Positions 9,238 through 19,366 of a stretch of DNA of 64,000 nt are shown here, piece by piece. The notes beneath the pieces are model-generated. The model saw only the letters and a list, made by a program, of their open reading frames with translations. It had not been told where the DNA came from and did no database searches. This DNA is from Candidatus Bathyarchaeota archaeon. GTDB taxonomy: Archaea > Thermoproteota > Bathyarchaeia > 40CM-2-53-6. Every line of letters starts with the position of its first letter. Within the stretch, counting starts at the first letter, position 1. The stretch lies in contig CAVPLU010000009.1 of assembly GCA_963706285.1 (NCBI GenBank), forward strand, positions 32,001 through 96,000, read 5' to 3'. Made by a program: the position numbers and the translations under genes.

Positions 9238-10574
9238 GCTTCCACGCTGCGTGCAATTATCTTCCCTTGATTCTTCTCAACGATCTCTCCTCGATCATAC
9301 ACAACATGCCCGGCGACAATCGTCATTACAGGGCGTCCAACGCATCTGACTCCGTCGAACGGTGAGAAATGCGCTTTCGAGTAGAACTTTGACGAATCGA
9401 TTTTGAATCGATCCTTTGGATCAATGAGCACGACATCTCCATCCATTCCTGCTTCAAGACGTCCCTTTCCTTGGAGCCCGAATATTCGTGCAGGGTTCTC
9501 GGCAAGCAGTCTAACGAGCAATGCCAGGCTTATCTCATCATGACGAACCTTAGTCAGCAATAGTGGGAGCGTCGTCTCTAGTCCAGGCAAACCTGGGCTT
9601 ACCTTCCACACGTCCCTCGCGGTCTTCTCCTCTAGACTATGAGGAGCGTGGTCGCTCGCGATCATGTCAATGTTTCCGCGGATCATGGCCTTCCAGAGTG
9701 CTCTCGCATCGCTGCGTCCTCTGAGCGGTGGCACCATTAATGCGAATCCACGTTTCCGATTCAGATCGGTGCTGTCTAGAAACAAGTGATGTGGGGTCAC
9801 TTCGCATGTGATCTTCACTCCTTTCTTGCGTGCTGCAGAGATCTCTTTCATGCTTCGATGAGTGCTCAGGTGACAGATGTGCACCTTTGAGTGAGCTCGA
9901 CGAGCAAGGTCTGTGACTGCCCGGACGGCTTCAAATTCGAACTTTGGTGCGTGAGCCCTCAGAAAGTCTTGCATGGAATTCATTCCAGCCTTGACGCATC
10001 TCGTCCGGATTGCTTCAATGTCAGGACCGTTCTCTGCGTGGACAGCGACTAGAATGCCAAGCGATCCACACTCTTCCATTGATGAGAGTAGTCTTTGATG
10101 ATCGTTATGCCACGCATCCAAGTTGGGTTCGTTCATGTAGAGTTTGAATGCGATCGCGCCGGCGTTCATCATTTTGCGAAGGTCGAGTGCCGATTCAGCT
10201 AGAGAAGCGTAGAACCCGACATTCACATTAATCGCGGTTCTCGCTTTCGTGATCTTCTCGACAAGTCTTTCATCCGAGTTGGTGGGAGGTTTTGTATTTG
10301 GCATGTCAAGGATCGTCGTGAATCCGCCTGCGGCAGCAGCGAGAGTTCCGCTCGAGAAGTCTTCCTTGTAGGACAGTTCCATGTCCCTGAGGTGAACATG
10401 AACGTCAATGAGCCCGGGAATAGCGATTAGGCCCTTGCCATCGATCGTCCTGTCAGCTTTAGGGAGAAGTGCAGTTTTGCAGATCTTCTCGATCCGTCCA
10501 TCTCGGATAGAGATGCCGCCTTCGACGAGTTTCTCTCCGAGAGCAAGTCTCGCATCAGTTATGTTGACGGACAT
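9234..10574 (-). CDS. pyrC: Dihydroorotase (amidohydrolase family)
   Basis: PGLIDVHVHLR, AAAAGGFTTILDMPNT, CEVTPHHL and SDHAPH. Confidence 0.9.
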   Translation of the reverse strand: MSVNITDARLALGEKLVEGGISIRDGRIEKICKTALLPKADRTIDGKGLIAIPGLIDVHVHLRDMELSYKEDFSSGTLAAAAGGFTTILDMPNTKPPTNSDERLVEKITKARTAINVNVGFYASLAESALDLRKMMNAGAIAFKLYMNEPNLDAWHNDHQRLLSSMEECGSLGILVAVHAENGPDIEAIRTRCVKAGMNSMQDFLRAHAPKFEFEAVRAVTDLARRAHSKVHICHLSTHRSMKEISAARKKGVKITCEVTPHHLFLDSTDLNRKRGFALMVPPLRGRSDARALWKAMIRGNIDMIASDHAPHSLEEKTARDVWKVSPGLPGLETTLPLLLTKVRHDEISLALLVRLLAENPARIFGLQGKGRLEAGMDGDVVLIDPKDRFKIDSSKFYSKAHFSPFDGVRCVGRPVMTIVAGHVVYDRGEIVEKNQGKIIARSVEA

Positions 10575-10659
10575 CACCGACGTTCCCCTTGAGCACCAGG
10601 TGGACCGCACGCTGGGCGCAATGGGGGCATGTCAGCAGAAAAGGTCTGTGGATTCGATC

Positions 10660-11244
10660 CTACTCTTCCTTTTCAAGGTCGGCGCTGCATTCCGAGCAAA
10701 GGAAAGATCCATCATGTGATTTCAGGTTGTCAGACCACGTTTCGCACTCGTCGCAGTATCCCGCCAGTGCGCTTGCTTCGCGGGGGTCTACGAGGGGCCG
10801 GATCTTCGATTTCTCTTCCATAACATCGATCAATGCTGGGGTGATATCAACAATGTCTGTGCCGGTGACTATTCCGATTAGTTTTCCTGCTTCTAACACG
10901 GCGAACCGTTTCACTTTTGCCTGTCTCATTTTTCTGGCTGCTTCTTTCACGTCGAGGGTGGGTTCCACGGTTCGCAGTGGCCTGGACATGATCTTTCCTG
11001 CTTTGATCTTGTTCGGGTGCAACCCTTTGGCAGCTACTCTGCGTACAAGGTCTTTCTCAGTTATCATGCCCAGTGGCTTGCGTTTCTTGTCCACGACCAC
11101 AACGCTGCCTATCCCTCTCCTTGTCATGGTGTTGGCCACTTTCGTCACGGTGTCTTCTTCTCGGACAGTGACGACGGGGGATGACATTACATCCTTGACT
11201 TCCACATCTGGTCTGTCGGGAGTGGCTGACATTTGAATCGCCAA
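10660..11244 (-). CDS. CBS-pair protein with C-terminal zinc ribbon
   Basis: Two CBS repeats plus GYCDEC...FLCSEC. Confidence 0.9.
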   Translation of the reverse strand: MAIQMSATPDRPDVEVKDVMSSPVVTVREEDTVTKVANTMTRRGIGSVVVVDKKRKPLGMITEKDLVRRVAAKGLHPNKIKAGKIMSRPLRTVEPTLDVKEAARKMRQAKVKRFAVLEAGKLIGIVTGTDIVDITPALIDVMEEKSKIRPLVDPREASALAGYCDECETWSDNLKSHDGSFLCSECSADLEKEE

Positions 11245-11265
11245 TACTGGACCGAACGATCATAC

Positions 11266-13266
11266 TTAAGGGCTTATCGAGTTAACTACTTCAACTCCGC
11301 CAGGCGGCAATATTCGTATTACATCATCCATTGGGATGCGCCCTAGCTCGTTGCGCAAATTCTCTTCGGCCTTAGCTGTCAACTTTGCGAGGATTCTCTT
11401 TGCCACTTCTGCGGGGCTCCCTCTTCCCTGTCGTATCTGCACATAAGTGCTGCACCTGTTTTTCACTGCGCTCAGGGGACCTGCCATTAAGAGAGTCCTG
11501 CTGTCGTGTAGAGTCAGGCCAACGGCAAGTGCCAGGTCTACCCCTCGGATGTAGTTGCGTGTGCCTCGAATCATGAATGCTCCTTTTGTCAAATATTCGC
11601 CGGCGGGGGCGCTTTTGGTCACTTGTTCTGGTTTCACCCAGTAAGCATCGCCGGAGCGAATTCCCTCCTTCCAGAGGCGGCTGTAGGATACGCATGCTTG
11701 AGCGGCTTCTCTGAGAGTTTCAGCGGTCGGTTGGATGCCCCCGGTTTTCATCACAATGAAGGGTGCTCCATGAACCTCCGCATGCATGATCAAGTCTTCT
11801 GGGTTAGTGTACCGTTTCAGAAGAGTCTCATTTGAGCCGGCGTCCCGTCCTCCTAGGACCAGCAGTCCTTCTGAGGAATCGAACCACCTGAACTTCTCGA
11901 ACCACTCTTTCTCGAGCTTACGCTCAGGTTTGGCGTGCTGTTTGAGTTCGAGTTCCTTGCTCGCTAATTTGTCAAGCAGAAGTTCAGTCTCTTCGGTAGC
12001 GGTCTTGAGTCCGAGGAGTTTCGACTCGAGGTGTTTCGCTTTCGCATAGTATTCGGCGGCTTGATCCTGCGGTCTTACTCTGACTTCGAGTTCGATTTCT
12101 CTTTCCTCGAAAGCGAAGGTTATCTTGTCGCCGCTCGGGGTGAGTTTGCGAACATGTGGATAGAACCGTGTCTTGTCGGTCTTTTCTTTCAATAATGAGT
12201 CTATGATCTCGTTGAGCGGTTGTTTCGAACGTTTCCCATTCATCACAATTTCGATGACGCTCTGTATATCTTGGAGGTGGCGAAAGATGAGATCCCCTGT
12301 GCTCCTCAGCGTTTTTGCTGATTCGTTGATCTCTTCCAGCTGTTTCTTCTGTGCATCAAGTCTTCTCTGAAGTTGCAGTCGCTTGTCAGCGTGGGCCGCC
12401 TCACGTCCTTCACCTAACGTGGAAGATGAGAGGGTTGTGAAATACTCGTCGATTGCATCGTTGAAACTTGTGTAGGTCTTCTTCTGCATTGCTTGGTACA
12501 GTTCGAGGTCGAATGGGGTGACATCGATCATGTTCTGGTTCTCTAACACGATCATTGGTGATTGTGCTGAAGTTGATACAAGATCTTTCAGCTTCACGAT
12601 TGTGCTTGAGATGTTCTCGATTTGATCATCGGACAGGTTTGCGGCGGATGAAGACTTATCGATACGTGCTCGTTGCATGATCTCTTCGGCAAAGGTACCG
12701 CTTACTCCGAGCATCTGAGCTAGTGCTCTGACGGCATCGATATCGCCTAGGTTTCGTAAGTCTCGTACATCACTGGGTGTTGCCTCAAGAAGGTTCTTGC
12801 CTCTTTGGGGGGGAAGTCTCAAGGGTTGTCCTCTCAGGATGTTGCGGTCCTTCATTCGAATGTAGTGAGACGAGACGATCACTCTGTCGTGTTCGTCGAT
12901 CAGAATGATGTTGCCTCTGGGTAGGAGTTCGACCACGATCTTCTGGGGCTTCTGCTCTCTCTCGATCCCCACTATGACTATTCGCTCGAAGTTCGGTTGA
13001 TCGATACTGACGATCTTAGCCGATCTGATGTGTTTGCGCAACTCCATACAGAGTTGTGACGGTTTAGGAGGGGTCTTGACTTCAAACTTGGTGAGGTGGA
13101 TTCTCCTCGCAGGTTCGACTACAAGGTTCAGATTGCTGGGATGGATCTTGAGGAGGAAGGCCTTCTCCGTAATTTGATAAACGTTATGTATGCGTCCTCC
13201 GATTGTGTGCTGCCTTAGTTCAGGAAGAATTGCTGCTATGTCGAAATTCGTCATCGCGGTTTTCAT
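11266..13266 (-). CDS. rqcH: Rqc2/NEMF family ribosome quality-control protein (NFACT)
   Basis: MTNFDI, FERIV, WFEKFRWF, GGRDAGSNE and GEYLTKGAFMIRG. Confidence 0.93.
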   Translation of the reverse strand: MKTAMTNFDIAAILPELRQHTIGGRIHNVYQITEKAFLLKIHPSNLNLVVEPARRIHLTKFEVKTPPKPSQLCMELRKHIRSAKIVSIDQPNFERIVIVGIEREQKPQKIVVELLPRGNIILIDEHDRVIVSSHYIRMKDRNILRGQPLRLPPQRGKNLLEATPSDVRDLRNLGDIDAVRALAQMLGVSGTFAEEIMQRARIDKSSSAANLSDDQIENISSTIVKLKDLVSTSAQSPMIVLENQNMIDVTPFDLELYQAMQKKTYTSFNDAIDEYFTTLSSSTLGEGREAAHADKRLQLQRRLDAQKKQLEEINESAKTLRSTGDLIFRHLQDIQSVIEIVMNGKRSKQPLNEIIDSLLKEKTDKTRFYPHVRKLTPSGDKITFAFEEREIELEVRVRPQDQAAEYYAKAKHLESKLLGLKTATEETELLLDKLASKELELKQHAKPERKLEKEWFEKFRWFDSSEGLLVLGGRDAGSNETLLKRYTNPEDLIMHAEVHGAPFIVMKTGGIQPTAETLREAAQACVSYSRLWKEGIRSGDAYWVKPEQVTKSAPAGEYLTKGAFMIRGTRNYIRGVDLALAVGLTLHDSRTLLMAGPLSAVKNRCSTYVQIRQGRGSPAEVAKRILAKLTAKAEENLRNELGRIPMDDVIRILPPGGVEVVNSISP

Positions 13267-13308
13267 GACGGAAACACACATTCAACGCCATCCGGAGCGT
13301 AACTGGCC

Positions 13309-13602
13309 GTGAAGCCTTCTTCGACAGTTTACTGGTCAAGGTTCTTCATAGCCATTGCTACTGGAATTGGATCTGTGGTTGCGCTTGGGGAAGTTGCTAC
13401 TGGTGAGATGGCGTCAGTCATCTATCCGGCGGTGGCGATTCTGGTCTATGCTCTCACGGTAGCGTTCTATCGATACGGACTGCGTTACGGCGAGGCTGAG
13501 TTGAAGACTAAGAACAGGGTCGTCACTCTGGGAATCGGCACTTACATTTTCGTTTGGTTGGCCTCTCTGACCCTAGCCTATACTCTGTTTGGTCCTCACT
13601 GA
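13309..13602 (+). CDS. EMC6/Rab5ip-like three-TM membrane protein
   Basis: VYWSR..IA..TG in TM1; GIGTYIFVWL..LTLAYTL C-terminal helix. Confidence 0.55.
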   Translation: MKPSSTVYWSRFFIAIATGIGSVVALGEVATGEMASVIYPAVAILVYALTVAFYRYGLRYGEAELKTKNRVVTLGIGTYIFVWLASLTLAYTLFGPH

Positions 13603-14000
13603 GCTACGGGCTTTGCTTCCTCTGCTCGGCTACGTGTATTGTTCGTCAGCGAGTAGACTTCTTCCTCTTCCATAATCTTTGCCAGTCGCACTAGTCCGCT
13701 GAAGTATCCTCTGTCATAGTCACCGTAAAGTGGACTTTCCGCGTTGTTCGCGAACTCTTTCATGAGTATTTTCAGGGTCTTCTTGTCGAACTCTTTCTTA
13801 GCGAAGAAAAGGTAGTTGTCGTTGTTTGCCTTTCTTGTGAGAGCAAGTCCTTCCAGCGCTTTGACGTAGCCTCTGTTCCATTCTGTGTTAGTGAATTTTG
13901 GTTTGAGTTCTTCAAGCTCTTTTTCTGCATCGGCGATCTTTCGCTCAACGATGAGTCGCAGGTACTTGTCTATCTCCTTTTCAGGTATTGCTCCAGCCAT
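13596..14000 (-). CDS. Conserved hypothetical protein directly downstream of radA
   Basis: Abuts the radA stop; repeated W/Y-x-RGY helical motif. Confidence 0.75.
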   Translation of the reverse strand: MAGAIPEKEIDKYLRLIVERKIADAEKELEELKPKFTNTEWNRGYVKALEGLALTRKANNDNYLFFAKKEFDKKTLKILMKEFANNAESPLYGDYDRGYFSGLVRLAKIMEEEEVYSLTNNTRSRAEEAKPVAQ

Positions 14001-15011
14001 CTATCCTCGCCTCTTGACCTCGTCCTCTTCAGAGACGTCCTTTATCCCTTCCTCTGTAATCTTGAAGATCCGTTCGCCTTCAGGCAGGTACGGGCTTGAG
14101 ACGAGGCGTGCAATTCTGACCGGTCCGCCGGTTGCTCGTCTCAAAAAAATCCTGGTATGTGAAGTATGTGCCACGATGTGCCCTCCCACTGCTTCAACTC
14201 CTGACGCGAAGAAGGCGTCTGGTTTCGACATGACTTGATTGGTGACAACAGCAACTGCGTTGAAGGCCCTTGCGAGCCTGACAAGCCTGTGCATGTGACT
14301 GTTGATTTTTTGCTGTCGTTCTGCGAGGTTCTCACGTCCGAGGTATTCGCTTCGAAAGTGAGCTGTCAATGAATCGACAATTATCAGTTTGATGTTGTTC
14401 TCTTGAATGATCTTATCCGCTTTTTCCAGGATCAGTATCTGATGATCCGAGTTGAAAGCCTCAGAGTAGATAATGTTCTTCCCGACAGTCTCCGGGTCGA
14501 GACCTAGAGAACCAGCCATCCTAACGACCCATTCAGGTCTGAACGTATTCTCTGTGTCAACGTACAGTGCCCCCCCGTTGAGACCGCCCTGCTCAATTGG
14601 CAGTTGGGCGTTCACGGCAAGTTGGTGGCAGAGTATGCTCTTGCCGACCCCATATTCTCCATAAAACTCGGTGATTGTCTGACTCTCCAATCCCCCGCCA
14701 ACAAGTTCGTCAAGTTGTTTGCTCGTCATCGAGAGGCGAAGGAGGTTCTGTCGCATCCTCATCAGTTCATCTGCCCGGATGAAGCTTGTGGCTATACTAT
14801 CCCGGGCCTCTATGATGATCTTGGCTGCTTGCTTCTCGCCCACGCCAGCTTGAGTCAGTTCCTTTATGGTGGCCGTTGCAAGCGATTCAACCGTGTGATA
14901 TCCAAGTTCTCTCAGCTTCTCTGCGGTGGCTGGTCCTATACCGGGGATGTCATCGATAAGTTCGTATTTCCTCTTCGCGTCAGTCGTCGTCTTCTCTTCC
15001 GGCTCGGACAA
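14001..15011 (-). CDS. radA: DNA repair and recombination protein RadA
   Basis: N-terminal HhH (IPGIGPATAEKL), GEYGVGKS Walker A, DSLTAHFRSEY and LAERQQK. Confidence 0.97.
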   Translation of the reverse strand: MSEPEEKTTTDAKRKYELIDDIPGIGPATAEKLRELGYHTVESLATATIKELTQAGVGEKQAAKIIIEARDSIATSFIRADELMRMRQNLLRLSMTSKQLDELVGGGLESQTITEFYGEYGVGKSILCHQLAVNAQLPIEQGGLNGGALYVDTENTFRPEWVVRMAGSLGLDPETVGKNIIYSEAFNSDHQILILEKADKIIQENNIKLIIVDSLTAHFRSEYLGRENLAERQQKINSHMHRLVRLARAFNAVAVVTNQVMSKPDAFFASGVEAVGGHIVAHTSHTRIFLRRATGGPVRIARLVSSPYLPEGERIFKITEEGIKDVSEEDEVKRRG

Positions 15012-15367
15012 GGTTTTCCCACCATACCCCTACAGCCAAGCGGGCGCCATGCCTTCGTGCCAGCTGTGAGGTCCCATAATCCCAGACAACACTTACGCCC
15101 ATGACTGACATCCACGCATTATTTCAAACTTCACTGCAATCCACACGATGCGAACCGCGGATATATCTCAGAGAGCCGAATGAAAGTAGAGCTTGTGCAG
15201 GCTGTTTGCGGCAATAACGAAGCAACGGGCGCAGTCATTCTGGACAGGTTCATGCCCAGCGGGGGCGCTGGGCAACAGCATCCGAGTCATCTTGCATGGC
15301 TCGGCGTTGGCGCATAGCTTGACGGTTTTAAGAGAGAGTAGAACAAGAGTCCTTTGGGAATTCTATA

Positions 15368-16153
15368 GTGTCTGAACTCGATTCCAAGGTAACCTCTCTC
15401 ATATCTCCGCAGCTGACGGAATGTCGAGATCTAATCAACGAAGCATTGACCAAGCAGAGGCTACTGATATTGGTCGGTAACTGCACTGTCAATTATGAGG
15501 GTAGAGCAGCATCGAAACTGACATGGGGCGAACGGGTGCTCATCATCAAATCCGATGGGTCCGTACTACTTCACCGTCGTTCAGGATATGAGCCGGTGAA
15601 TTGGCAGCCTCCAAAATGCCAGTTCCGAACGAGCCTAGAAGATGGGAAGCTTCTGCGCATCATAGCGACTCGCCAGAAGCCGAAGGAATCACTTCAACTT
15701 CTCTTCGACGATGTTGGCATGATAGCGTCCCTCAACCTAGCCGACAAAGGAGAATTCGCGATGCATGTCACGGAGGAGCAGATGAAGCAGGCGATAATAC
15801 TTGACCCCTCTTTGGTGGAGCATGGATTGAAGCTGATCGCTGAAGAGAGAAGGATGGGTGATTCGGGCTTCACGGACGTTTACGCGGAAGACCACGATGG
15901 ACGGCTGGTTGTGATCGAGATCAAAAGAAACGCGGCAAGTCGTGAAGCGGTCTTGCAGCTGAACCGTTACGTAGAGACTCTGCGGAAGCGAGTGAACCGA
16001 CCTGTTAGAGGCATTTTGGCAGCTCCGGATGTCAGGTCGGGTACATCGACGCTTCTTGCGAGTCTAGGATACGAGTTCAAACCAATTTCACCAGAGAAGT
16101 GCTTCCAGACCCTGAAACCCAGAACAGACGCCCGTCTCAGCGAATTCCTATGA
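15368..16153 (+). CDS. nucS: Endonuclease NucS/EndoMS
   Basis: YEGRAASKL, IIKSDGSVLLH, PVNWQPP, EIKR and AVLQLNRY. Confidence 0.95.
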   Translation: MSELDSKVTSLISPQLTECRDLINEALTKQRLLILVGNCTVNYEGRAASKLTWGERVLIIKSDGSVLLHRRSGYEPVNWQPPKCQFRTSLEDGKLLRIIATRQKPKESLQLLFDDVGMIASLNLADKGEFAMHVTEEQMKQAIILDPSLVEHGLKLIAEERRMGDSGFTDVYAEDHDGRLVVIEIKRNAASREAVLQLNRYVETLRKRVNRPVRGILAAPDVRSGTSTLLASLGYEFKPISPEKCFQTLKPRTDARLSEFL

Positions 16154-16377
16154 TGATCTGCGAACTCTGGTATCATAACGCGGGCTGCCTTGGAGACGAG
16201 TCCGCTCATGGAGCGAAGGCATTATTCGTGCCATCTCGTAAATCCATCTAGAATAGGCTGGCGATTTGTACGCCAACAAGAGATGCATCGACACATAATG
16301 CACTGGCAACACTAAGAAGATCTCTTGCGAATCAGCAGGAACCACCAGTCTCAGATTCCAAGAAAATCAGGGGAGCG

Positions 16378-16863
16378 GTGGCAGTGTTCATCAAGGAAGA
16401 GGACAACGATCTCTGGCTACTCATGATCAGGAGGAGCGAGAGTCTGCAGGATCCATGGTCTGGTCAAATGGCTTTTCCGGGCGGCCACGCTGCCAACCAA
16501 GATCGCTCTCTATTTGACACCGCTGCAAGGGAGACTCAGGAAGAGGTGGGAGTAGATGCGCACACGCAACAATTCCTTGGCTGCCTGAACAACGTGTATC
16601 CCAAGAACGCTCCAATGATTGTGTCACCCTTTGTCTTTCTACTCCTGAACAAAGTCGATCCGAAAACCAGCAAGGAAGCTGAGGAAATCGTGTGGGTTCC
16701 ATTATCGTTCCTCTTGGATCCGAAGAACATCTCCACATTTGTGGTGACGATACGCGGCGAAGAAACACCGATGCCCTGCTACAACTATTCAGACCACATA
16801 ATCTGGGGGATGTCCTTTAGAATCATACGAGAAATCATTTCAAAGATGACTGTTCACAGCTGA
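16378..16863 (+). CDS. Nudix hydrolase (CoA pyrophosphatase-like); true start probably somewhat upstream
   Basis: DPWSGQMAFPGG and TAARETQEEVG Nudix box; IWGMS. Confidence 0.9.
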   Translation: MAVFIKEEDNDLWLLMIRRSESLQDPWSGQMAFPGGHAANQDRSLFDTAARETQEEVGVDAHTQQFLGCLNNVYPKNAPMIVSPFVFLLLNKVDPKTSKEAEEIVWVPLSFLLDPKNISTFVVTIRGEETPMPCYNYSDHIIWGMSFRIIREIISKMTVHS

Positions 16864-16932
16864 GCGCGGCCGCGGGGTTCAAGAGCCAGATGCTAAGAGC
16901 TATTTCCGTAGCTCAACAGCATGAGGCTCTAA

Positions 16933-18129
16933 TTGATGAGAACGCTGGTCCTCGGCGCATCAGGACAGATAGGCGCGTACACTGTTCAAGACTTGGTTGA
17001 GTTCTACAAAGCGGACGTGACAGCCGCGAGCCGAAAGCTCTCAAACGTCAAGAAGGCAATGACAGACCTGAAGCTCGCTGAGCATGTGAAGCTGGCAGAG
17101 CTTGATGCCAACGACACACAGGCAGTAGCAACTTTGGCGAGAAATGAGAGGATCGACACGGTCGTGAATTGTGCTTGGTACCAGACCAACCTATCCGTAA
17201 TGGATGCGTGCCTACGTGCAGGTGCTCAGTACACGGACCTAGGCGGCCTATTTGACACGACACTGAAGCAGCTTCAACTCACTCAGAAATGGAAAGATGC
17301 CAACTTGAACGCTACGATTGGGTTGGGCAGCACTCCCGGCCTGACGAATATTGCGGGAGCTGCTGGTGCGGCGAAATTCGAGAACGTCGATACCATCAAC
17401 ATCTATTGTACATGGGGGAACACTCTCCCCGTAAAAGAGCCGGGGTGGCCTGGCTACTCTATACGAACAGTGATGGACGAATTCACCCAAGAACCGATTG
17501 TTTGGCTAGATGGCAAGCACGTGAAACAACCAGTTCTATCGGGAGAGACAACTGTCACCATGCAGGATCCAATTGGCAAGATCACAGCTTGCTATGTGAA
17601 GCACTCCGAACCTGCAACGATGGGCAAATACATCGGAAAAGGCTGTCGCAACGTGACATTCCGGATTGGATTTCCAAGCACTGATCTCGCAACCTTCAAG
17701 ACTTTGAAGAACCTTGGTTTCGCTGAAACAACTCGTTTCAATGTTGGTGGCGCGGAAATCTCTCCTCTCGACTACTTGACCACCATGTATCAAAGAGCAA
17801 TCTCGAAATCCAGAAGCGAGTCTCCTCCACGTGAAGAATATGAGTATGATGCCTTCAGGATAGATGTCTTCGGAATCGTCAAGGAATCACCAGCGATTGT
17901 CACGTACTTCATAATCACCTGGAATGATCCTGAGAGAGGAATATCCTCCGCACGTGACACTGCAGTCCCTCCATCAATAGTTACACAATGGCAAGCGACC
18001 AACAAGATCAAGAGCGCAGGAGTCTTTCCAGCCGAAGCTGTCGTAGACCCGAGTCCGTTCTTTCATGAAGTCGGCAAGAGAAAGATCAGAGTAGAGGAAC
18101 ACTTCACGGAGACGCGCAAGTTCTACTAG
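16933..18129 (+). CDS. Saccharopine dehydrogenase-family oxidoreductase
   Basis: VLGASGQIG Rossmann motif, YTDLGG, GLGSTPGLTN and HSEP. Confidence 0.85.
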   Translation: MMRTLVLGASGQIGAYTVQDLVEFYKADVTAASRKLSNVKKAMTDLKLAEHVKLAELDANDTQAVATLARNERIDTVVNCAWYQTNLSVMDACLRAGAQYTDLGGLFDTTLKQLQLTQKWKDANLNATIGLGSTPGLTNIAGAAGAAKFENVDTINIYCTWGNTLPVKEPGWPGYSIRTVMDEFTQEPIVWLDGKHVKQPVLSGETTVTMQDPIGKITACYVKHSEPATMGKYIGKGCRNVTFRIGFPSTDLATFKTLKNLGFAETTRFNVGGAEISPLDYLTTMYQRAISKSRSESPPREEYEYDAFRIDVFGIVKESPAIVTYFIITWNDPERGISSARDTAVPPSIVTQWQATNKIKSAGVFPAEAVVDPSPFFHEVGKRKIRVEEHFTETRKFY

Positions 18130-18208
18130 ACCTGATTTGAGTTTTAGAAATTTCGCTATCGACATATCTTTAAGCAAACTTGATACTACGTTCGAGCGAG
18201 GCCATGAA

Positions 18209-19306
18209 TTGAGCAAGCCGAGTCGAAGAGACTTTGTCAAGATGGCGGCCACCGGTCTTGTCGGTGCCGCAATTGGCGCCGTTGCTGGCAACTACTATGG
18301 ATCACAGACGACAAGTGTACGAGAGAAAGAGAATGAGGTCAGAGTCTACACATGGAGCGAATACATTGCAGAGGATCTCATTGGTCTGTTCAAGACGACG
18401 ACCGGAATCAACGTTGTTTACGATACTTATGAAAGCCCAGACGAGATGAGAGCCAAAGTCACCACGGGGCAGAGTGGTTACGATGTCGTCATGGTCCCGG
18501 ACTACATGGTTCCTGAGTTCGTCCAACTCAACCTGCTGACAGAACTTGATACAGCGCAGCTGCCCAATATGGTTCATCTCGATGACAAGTTCAGGAATCC
18601 ATCATTCGATCCTGATAACAAGCATTCAATCCCATACCTGTGGGGAACAACCGGGATAGGCTGGAATTCAGCAAAGGTTGCGGCCCCTGTCACAAGATGG
18701 GCGGACATTCTTGACCCAGAAAAGGTGAGCAAATATGGAAAGACTGTTACGATGCTTGACGAGATGCGCGAGCCGATTGGTGCAGCCTTGAAGTATCTAG
18801 GATACTCTATCAACGACGTAGACGACGCTCATCTCAACGAAGTAAAGACGATCTTGCTGAAGCAGAAGCCGTACTTGGCAAAATTCACGGGTGCGAATGA
18901 ATACATTCCCGGTCTTGCGGGCTCACGCTTTCTAATTTCTCAGGCATACAGTGGGGACGTGTTTGTTGCTGCTGAAGAGAATGCGAATGTCAAATACACA
19001 ATTCCGGATGAAGGATGTACTCTGTGGGTTGACAACATGACGATAACGAAGAACTCTCTTCATCCAGTTGCCGCGCACATGTGGGTTAACTACATTCTGG
19101 ATCCAGCCGTAATAGCGATAATATCAAACGTCAGATACTATGCTAATCCCAATAAGGACTCGGTTCCATTCCTGAACAAAGATATCGCTGAGGATCCAGC
19201 AATCTATCCTCCAGAGGATGTGTACAAGAAGCTTGAGATCCTCAAGCCTGCCACACCGGAGGAACTTGACAAGTATCAGAAGATCTGGCTGGACATAGTT
19301 GGCTAA
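18209..19306 (+). CDS. potD: Spermidine/putrescine ABC transporter substrate-binding protein with Tat signal
   Basis: SRRDFVK twin-arginine motif, YTWSEYI, SIPYLWGTTGI and LWVDNM. Confidence 0.92.
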   Translation: MSKPSRRDFVKMAATGLVGAAIGAVAGNYYGSQTTSVREKENEVRVYTWSEYIAEDLIGLFKTTTGINVVYDTYESPDEMRAKVTTGQSGYDVVMVPDYMVPEFVQLNLLTELDTAQLPNMVHLDDKFRNPSFDPDNKHSIPYLWGTTGIGWNSAKVAAPVTRWADILDPEKVSKYGKTVTMLDEMREPIGAALKYLGYSINDVDDAHLNEVKTILLKQKPYLAKFTGANEYIPGLAGSRFLISQAYSGDVFVAAEENANVKYTIPDEGCTLWVDNMTITKNSLHPVAAHMWVNYILDPAVIAIISNVRYYANPNKDSVPFLNKDIAEDPAIYPPEDVYKKLEILKPATPEELDKYQKIWLDIVG

Positions 19307-19366
19307 CGCGCCGCAAGCTTACGTAACAAATGCTCGGCATCGTAGAATAGACTTCAGGGCTACAGA

